Assembly: GCA_019747795.1 (NCBI GenBank)
Contig: JAIEQK010000118.1
Coordinates: 1 to 63,160, forward strand
Direction: 5' to 3'
DNA length: 63,160 bases
Source of the DNA: Gammaproteobacteria bacterium
Lineage (GTDB): Bacteria; Pseudomonadota; Gammaproteobacteria; Ga0077536
Part shown: piece by piece, positions 57,559 to 63,160 of the stretch
Layout: the number at the start of each line of letters is the position of its first letter
Numbering within the stretch: position 1 is the stretch's first letter
Made by a program: the position numbers and the translations under genes
The notes under the pieces: generated by a model
Databases searched by the model: none
Told to the model about the DNA's origin: nothing
Seen by the model: only the letters and a program-made list of their open reading frames with translations

Positions 57559-58712
57559 GCGGGCTCACCGATCGCGCCTGCGTCACCGGCGTCGGCGAGA
57601 CCGCCTACCTGCGCGGCTCGACGCGCAGCGCCTTCGAGCTCCAGGTGGAGGCCTCGCTCGCCGCCATCGCCGATGCCGGCCTCGCGCCGCGCGACATCGA
57701 CGGGGTGATCCCCATCGGCATCGTGAGCGGCATAGCCGAGGACTTCATCGACAACTTCGCCATCGAAGACCTGCATTTCTCGGCGGTCATTCCCCACGGT
57801 GGCGCGAGCCCGGTGATGGCGCTGCAGGCGGCGGCCAGCGTGATCGCGAGTGGCATCTGCCGCCACGTGCTCATCGCCTTCGGCCGCAACGTCAGCGCCT
57901 CGGCCAACAAGGCGGGCGCGCGCATCCACCAGATGCCGCAGTTCCATTACGTGACCGAGTTCGAGCACCCGCTAGGCAACAGCGCGCCGGCGCAGATCTA
58001 CGCGCCCATGGCACGCCGGCACATGGAGATCTACGGCACGACCGTCGAACACTTCGGCGCGGTTGCCGTCGCCTGTCGCGAGCACGCACGTTTGAACGAG
58101 CGCGCAATCATGAAGAAGCCCATCACGCTCGAAGACCATCGCAACTCGCGCATGATCGCCGACCCGTTCCGGCTGCTCGACTGCAGCCTCGAGAGCGACG
58201 GCGGCGCGGCCGTGGTGGTGAGCGCGGCGGAGGCGGGACGCGACGCGCCACGGCCGCGCGTGCTGATCTCGGGCGTCGCGACCGGCCATCCGGATTCCCC
58301 GGCGTCGATCACCCAGCGTCCCGACATGACGAGTCTCGGCCTCGCCAAGGCCGCGCCGCGCGCGTTCCGCATGGCGGGCGTGACGCAGGCCGACATAGAG
58401 GTCGCGGAGATCTACGACTGCTTCACCTACGCGGTGATCCGGCAGCTCGAGGACATGGGCTTCTGCGCGAAGGGCGAGGGCGGCCCCTTCGTCGCCGACG
58501 GCCGCCTGCGCCTGGGCGGCGCGCTGCCGACCAACACCCACGGCGGGCTCCTGTCGCAGGCGCACGTGTGGGGACTCAACCACATCGTCGAACTGGTCAG
58601 GCAGCTGCGCGGCGAGGCCGGCGCGGCCCAGGTCGCGAACGCACGTCTGGGTCTCGTGACGGGCTATGGCGATCTCGGCGACGGCGCGCTCGCCATCATG
58701 CGCAGGGGATGA
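57555..58712 (+). CDS. Thiolase-superfamily protein (SCP-x/Ltp2-like, non-canonical)
   Basis: GTG 57555 overlaps the upstream stop; GVGET, LLDCSLESDG, EIYDCFT and NTHGGLLSQAH. Confidence 0.85.
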   Translation: MSGLTDRACVTGVGETAYLRGSTRSAFELQVEASLAAIADAGLAPRDIDGVIPIGIVSGIAEDFIDNFAIEDLHFSAVIPHGGASPVMALQAAASVIASGICRHVLIAFGRNVSASANKAGARIHQMPQFHYVTEFEHPLGNSAPAQIYAPMARRHMEIYGTTVEHFGAVAVACREHARLNERAIMKKPITLEDHRNSRMIADPFRLLDCSLESDGGAAVVVSAAEAGRDAPRPRVLISGVATGHPDSPASITQRPDMTSLGLAKAAPRAFRMAGVTQADIEVAEIYDCFTYAVIRQLEDMGFCAKGEGGPFVADGRLRLGGALPTNTHGGLLSQAHVWGLNHIVELVRQLRGEAGAAQVANARLGLVTGYGDLGDGALAIMRRG

Positions 58713-58716
58713 CGCG

Positions 58717-59121
58717 ATGAGCAGCGCGCCACCACGTCCGGCGCCCCCCGAGAGCGCGCTGTCCGCGCCCTACTGGGAGGGGCTCGCGCAGGGTGAACTG
58801 CGGCTGCAGGCCTGCGCGCACTGCGGCACGCTGCGGCACTATCCGCGGCTGCTGTGTACCGCATGCTTTCGCGAAGGCGTCATCTGGCGCGTGGCCAGCG
58901 GTCGCGGTCGCATCCACAGCTGGACAGTCGCGCACTACGCCTACCACCCGGCCTTCGGCGCCGAATTGCCGTACACGCTGGTGACCGTGGATCTCGACGA
59001 AGGGCCGCGCGCGCTTGGCCGCTGGCATGGCGGAGAACTGGCGCTTGGGCTGCGCGTGCGGGCGCGGGTCGAAGTAAAGGACGGCGTGCCAACGCTGGGC
59101 TTCGAGCCGCAACCGGGCTGA
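58717..59121 (+). CDS. DUF35 Zn-ribbon/OB-fold protein
   Basis: PYWEG, CAHC...YPR..CTAC, SGRGRIHSWTV and PY...VDLDEGPR; start at ATG 58717. Confidence 0.9.
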   Translation: MSSAPPRPAPPESALSAPYWEGLAQGELRLQACAHCGTLRHYPRLLCTACFREGVIWRVASGRGRIHSWTVAHYAYHPAFGAELPYTLVTVDLDEGPRALGRWHGGELALGLRVRARVEVKDGVPTLGFEPQPG

Positions 59122-59143
59122 GTCGGCGCGGCGCCGTCGGTTC

Positions 59144-59269
59144 CATCATGCCTGCGAAAGCAGGCATCCATGGGCTTCGACCAACGCCGCTGGCCCCCTG
59201 CTTTCGCAGGGGGTGACGGGAAAGGAAACATGAGAGTGGTGATGTGATGCCCGCGCACGCGGGCATCCA
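59144..59269. repeat. Cluster of three CGTC-type REP-like palindromes
   Basis: ATGCCTGC-GAAA-GCAGGCATCCA (59144-59170), an inverted copy (59191-59218) and GATGCCCGC-GCAC-GCGGGCATCCA (59243-59269), between convergent genes. Confidence 0.75.
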
Positions 59270-59287
59270 AGGCCTTAGGCGCTCGTC

Positions 59288-62269
59288 TCAGGCGACGGCC
59301 GCGTCGATGTAGCCCGCCAGGCTCGGCGACTCGGGTCGAGTGCGCGATTCGCCGCGGGCGGCGCCGCTCTCGTTCAGACGAAAGAACGCCACCTGCTGCT
59401 GCATCGCCAGCGCATCGCTGCGCAGCGCTTCGCTGGCCGCGGCGATCTCCTCCACCAGTGCGGTGTTCTGCTGGGTGATACCGTCAAGGCCGATCACCGC
59501 GTTGTTGATCTCGCCGAGACCGGCCGACTGCTCGCTGGACGCGCTCGCCATGTCGGTGATGATGGTGGCCAGGTTGCCGATGTCCTTGACGATGGATTGG
59601 AAGCGCTCGCCCGATTCCTCCACCAGGCGTGCGCCGTCGTGGACCTGGGTGACGCTGCTGCTGATGAGCGTCTTGATCTCCTTCGCCGCGCCCGCGCTGC
59701 GCTGGGCAAGCGCGCGCACCTCGCTCGCCACCACGGCGAAGCCGCGGCCCTGCTCGCCGGCACGCGCCGCTTCGACCGCCGCATTCAGCGCCAGCAGGTT
59801 GGTCTGGAAGGCGATTTCGTCGATCACGCCGATGATGTCGGCGATGCGCGCGCTGGAGCGCTGGATCTCGCCCATGGACGTGACCGCGCCGCCGGCCACC
59901 GCGCTGCCGCTGTCCGCGCGCTCGGAGGTCGCCTCGGTGATCTTGCGCGCCTGCAGCGCGTTGTCCGCGGTCTGCGCGACGGTGGAGGTGAGTTCCTCCA
60001 TGGCCGACGCGGTACGCTGCAGACGCAGCGCCTGGTCCTCGGTGCGGCGCGACAGCTCGACATTGCCGGTCGCGATCTCCTGCGCGTTGGCGCTGACCCG
60101 CGCGATGCTGCCCTGGATGCGGGCGATGGTCTCGCGCAGCGCGAGCACCGAGGCATTGACCGCTTCGGCCAGGCGCGCGAACTCGCCCTGGTAGCTGCCG
60201 GTGACCTGGCTGCCCAGGTCACCGACGGCGACCGCCTGCATCACGCGACTCGTTTCCTCGATAGGCGTCGCCACGGTATCGAGAAGGCCGTTCATGGTGC
60301 CGGCGATCCAGCCGGTGAAACCGCTCAGGCCGGCAGCATCCATGCGCCTGTCCAGCCGCCCGGCCGCGGCCGCGGACAGCAGGTCCTTGATGTCGTTCTC
60401 CGCGCGCCGCTGCTCGCTCAAGTCCGACCACTCGAGCACCAGGCCCGCATGGCTGCCGTCGAGGCTCCGCACCGGGTTGGCGGTGACGGCGAACACGCTG
60501 TCCTCGTGCTGGAACTCGCACGCGCCGCCGGTACGCCCGGCGAGCAGATCGCGCAGCGCCGGCGCGCGTTCGCCCAGCGCGCGCGTATCGACGCGCGCGT
60601 CACTCGTCGCGGGCAGGGCGCGCGCATGGCGCCCCACGAGGTCGCGCATGCGCGGATTCTGGTAGGACACCCGGCCCTCGACGTCGAGCAGCATGATGGC
60701 GGTGCCGGCGCTCTCCAGCGCCTGGTTCAGGCGCGCGGCTTCTTCCTTCTCCTGCTGGATGGTCTCGGCGAGACGTTCGGCCGCCTGCTGCTGGCGCTGG
60801 GCTTCCTCGCCCAGGCGCAGCGCCTCGTCCTTCTCGCGCTGCACGCTGTCCTTGAGACGCAGCGCCTCGTTCTTCTCCTCGGTGATCTGCTTGAACAGCA
60901 CGCTCTGCATGCGTTCCAGCGAAGCGAGCAGGGCACCCACCTCGTCGCGCGCGTCGACCGTGATGACGTTGTCGAAGTTGCCATTGGAGATCTGGTCCGC
61001 CACCGCCGCCGCGGTGCGCACGCGTCTGCCGAGACCCTGCGCGAGCCACAGGGCGAAGGCCACGATGGCCAGCGCGGCAATGCCTGCGATCAGGCCCGCT
61101 TCGCGTTTCTGGACCGCGACCAGCCCCAGGGCCTCACTCTCGTCGATCTCGGCAAGCAGCGCCCACTTCACGCCCTCGATGTCGAGCGGCGCGTAGGACG
61201 ACAGCACCGGCACGCCGCGGTAGTCCGCGACCTTGGCTTCGCCGGACTTGCCGGCCAGCGCGGCACCGACGCTCGCGGTCTCCACCTTGCGCGCGAGCAG
61301 GGTGTTCTCTTCGCTGAAACGTGACTGCGAGCGCATCAGGCCGTCGCCACCGACCAGGTAGGTCTCGCCGCTCTCGCCGAGGCCCGCGCGCTGCGCCATG
61401 AGCCCGTTGATTTCTGCGACCGGCATCTGGAAGGCGATCACGCCGATGCGCTCGTCACCGTCGTAGATCGGGGCCGCGATGAACGACGCAGGCGCCTCGT
61501 AGGACGGCAGGTAGGCGGTGAAGTCCTCCAGGTGGCTGGCGCCCTTCGGCGCCTTCAGCGCCGCGCGGAACGCGCGGCCGAGGCCGGTGTCGCGATAGGG
61601 GCCGTCGACCAGGTTGGTGCCGAAATCGAGTTCCTTGAAGGTGGTATAGACCAGGTCGCCGTCGGGCTCGAACAGGAAGATGTCGTAGTAGCCGAAGCGC
61701 TTCAGGAAATTGCGCAGCCGCTCGTGGTAGCGGGCGTGGGCGCGGCTGTAGCGCGTGCCGTCCTCGCGCACGAGCAGTTCGTCCTTGGTGCCGAGCGCAT
61801 GCTGGTTGTCGGCGATGTAGAGATACTGGGCCAGCACGCCGGCGGGATTGGCGGGCAGCAGGGACGTGGTGGTGACCGCCTTGCCGGTCTGCGCCTGGTA
61901 GTGCTTGCCGAACTGGTTGACGTAATAGTCCTGCACCGCCGCGCGGCGCGCGGCCTGGGTGGCGTCGTCACCGGCGAGCTCTTGCGGCAGGGCCTCGAAG
62001 CCGGCACTGAGCGCCTTGAAGGCATCGAGCGTCATGGTGCTCTCGGCCAGTTCCCTGACCTGGTGGTGCAGGCTGGCGAAATAGCGTTCGACCTGCACCT
62101 TCTTGATTTCGCGTACCGAGGCCAGCTGGTTCATGGCCTGGTTTTCGAGCGCCGCGCCGGCGGAGGTGGTGAGGCGTTGCACAGTGGCTGCCAGCGGCAA
62201 TAGCCCGGCGCACAGCATGGCGACGATGAGCTTGTTGCGCAGACGCATATCGGACCAGAAGCGACGCAT
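59288..62269 (-). CDS. Methyl-accepting chemotaxis protein (TM-dCache-TM-HAMP-PAS-like-HAMP-MA)
   Basis: GYYDIFL and GESGETYLVG Cache motifs, RDEVG HAMP, VLEWSD and IAFQTNLLALNAAVEAARAGEQGRGFAVVA. Confidence 0.94.
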   Translation of the reverse strand: MRRFWSDMRLRNKLIVAMLCAGLLPLAATVQRLTTSAGAALENQAMNQLASVREIKKVQVERYFASLHHQVRELAESTMTLDAFKALSAGFEALPQELAGDDATQAARRAAVQDYYVNQFGKHYQAQTGKAVTTTSLLPANPAGVLAQYLYIADNQHALGTKDELLVREDGTRYSRAHARYHERLRNFLKRFGYYDIFLFEPDGDLVYTTFKELDFGTNLVDGPYRDTGLGRAFRAALKAPKGASHLEDFTAYLPSYEAPASFIAAPIYDGDERIGVIAFQMPVAEINGLMAQRAGLGESGETYLVGGDGLMRSQSRFSEENTLLARKVETASVGAALAGKSGEAKVADYRGVPVLSSYAPLDIEGVKWALLAEIDESEALGLVAVQKREAGLIAGIAALAIVAFALWLAQGLGRRVRTAAAVADQISNGNFDNVITVDARDEVGALLASLERMQSVLFKQITEEKNEALRLKDSVQREKDEALRLGEEAQRQQQAAERLAETIQQEKEEAARLNQALESAGTAIMLLDVEGRVSYQNPRMRDLVGRHARALPATSDARVDTRALGERAPALRDLLAGRTGGACEFQHEDSVFAVTANPVRSLDGSHAGLVLEWSDLSEQRRAENDIKDLLSAAAAGRLDRRMDAAGLSGFTGWIAGTMNGLLDTVATPIEETSRVMQAVAVGDLGSQVTGSYQGEFARLAEAVNASVLALRETIARIQGSIARVSANAQEIATGNVELSRRTEDQALRLQRTASAMEELTSTVAQTADNALQARKITEATSERADSGSAVAGGAVTSMGEIQRSSARIADIIGVIDEIAFQTNLLALNAAVEAARAGEQGRGFAVVASEVRALAQRSAGAAKEIKTLISSSVTQVHDGARLVEESGERFQSIVKDIGNLATIITDMASASSEQSAGLGEINNAVIGLDGITQQNTALVEEIAAASEALRSDALAMQQQVAFFRLNESGAARGESRTRPESPSLAGYIDAAVA

Positions 62270-62302
62270 TGGAGACCATCCCTGAATGTATTGTCGGGCG
62301 TC

Positions 62303-62329
62303 TTAGCGGCCGCAAACGCCAGCGCTTGA
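62303..62329 (-). promoter_or_regulatory. Putative sigma-28 (FliA) promoter of the MCP gene
   Basis: Minus strand reads TCAAG-N14-GCCGCTAA, versus the consensus TCAAG/TAAA...GCCGATAA; it ends 33 nt before the ATG. Confidence 0.55.
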
Positions 62330-62367
62330 CCGCTCACGGTCAGTCGGCATGGCACAATCGCGGGCAA

Positions 62368-63160
62368 ATGACCGCGACCGTCGACCAGACCCTGCGCCAC
62401 CTCTTGTTGATCCGCCTGGTGGTGATCGGCGGGCAGCTGCTGGCCCTGGGCGTCATGGACCGGGCCTTCGGCGTGGCCGTACCCTGGGCCGGGGTCGGCC
62501 TCGTGCTGGCGCCGCTGGCGGCCTTCACCGCCTGGAGCTGGCGTCGCCTCGCCGCGGCGAGCGGCGGTCAGCGCCAGGCGCTGGTGCAGAGCGTGGTCGA
62601 CATCGCCGCGCTGTCCGCGCTCATCCATCTCACCGGCGGCGCGGTCAATCCGTTCGTGTCGCTGTTCCTGCTGCCCATCGTGTTTGCCGCGGCCGCGATG
62701 CCGCTCGCCTACCTCGCCGGCATCGCGGCGGTGGCCATCGCCGCCTACACCGGGCTGATGCTGTTTTCCCTGCCCGAGCCGACGCACGTGCACGCGGTGG
62801 CCGGGCGCTTCGACCTGCACGTGTGGGGCATGTGGTATGGCTTCATCCTGAGCGCGGCCTGCGTGGGACTGTTCGTCGCGCGACTGTCGCGCCGGCTGCG
62901 CGCCCGCGATCGTGAATTGGCGGTGCTGCGCGAGGAGGCGCTGGCGGCGGAGCGCGTGATGGCGCTCGGCGCGTTGGCCGCCGGCACCGCCCACGAACTC
63001 GGCACGCCGCTCGCGACCATCGGGCTAGCGGCCGAGGAACTCGAGCAGGAAGTGACGACGCCGGCCGCGCAGGCGCAGCTCACCCGGCTGCGCGAGCAGG
63101 TGCGGCGCTGCCGCGAGATCCTCACGCGCGAGCTGGCCGCGCTGCAGGCCGATCCGCCGT
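62368..63160 (+). CDS. regB: RegB/PrrB/RoxS-type redox sensor histidine kinase (3'-truncated by window edge)
   Basis: Not in the ORF track because there is no stop. Manual translation: MTATVDQTLRHLLLIRLVVIGGQ..., quinone-site TGGAVNPF, LHVWGMW and H-box AAGTAHELGTPL. Confidence 0.88.
   Translation, partial: MTATVDQTLRHLLLIRLVVIGGQLLALGVMDRAFGVAVPWAGVGLVLAPLAAFTAWSWRRLAAASGGQRQALVQSVVDIAALSALIHLTGGAVNPFVSLFLLPIVFAAAAMPLAYLAGIAAVAIAAYTGLMLFSLPEPTHVHAVAGRFDLHVWGMWYGFILSAACVGLFVARLSRRLRARDRELAVLREEALAAERVMALGALAAGTAHELGTPLATIGLAAEELEQEVTTPAAQAQLTRLREQVRRCREILTRELAALQADPP

Overview
Visibly GC-rich (not computed) bacterial chromosomal segment, probably proteobacterial and Gamma-like. That placement is inferred from a RegB/RoxS-type kinase, a TpsB/TpsA pair, a FliA-like promoter and GTAG REPs. 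About 50 real CDSs are present; most other ORFs in the track are antisense or frame shadows. Main content: (1) Two CoA-dependent catabolic operons (223-6490 and 14556-23507) that point to C5-dicarboxylate chemistry. They encode a clear mesaconyl-CoA C1-C4 transferase (Mct), an Mcd-like and a second acyl-CoA dehydrogenase, an Ict-like CoA-transferase, MaoC hydratases and an ACAD10/LvaA-like kinase. (2) A LysR gene flanked on both sides by mirrored SCP2-like + HTAG alpha/beta-hydrolase modules. (3) A coenzyme F420 biosynthesis operon cofE-cofD-cofC-fbiC, with nine luciferase-like (LLM) oxidoreductase genes spread over the window. (4) An unusual, translationally coupled two-partner secretion locus, TpsB / tandem-FecR protein / 2539-aa TpsA, with about 26 NSLVG (DUF5650-like) repeats inserted in the TpsA. 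(5) A thiolase-like/DUF35 beta-oxidation cluster, a chemoreceptor with an expanded signalling helix, and a truncated RegB at the right edge that is missing from the ORF track. GTAG- and CGTC-type REP clusters are present, and three genes use the REP GTAG as their stop codon. No rRNA, tRNA, CRISPR, transposase or phage genes were seen. All family assignments come from motif recognition by eye, not from database searches.
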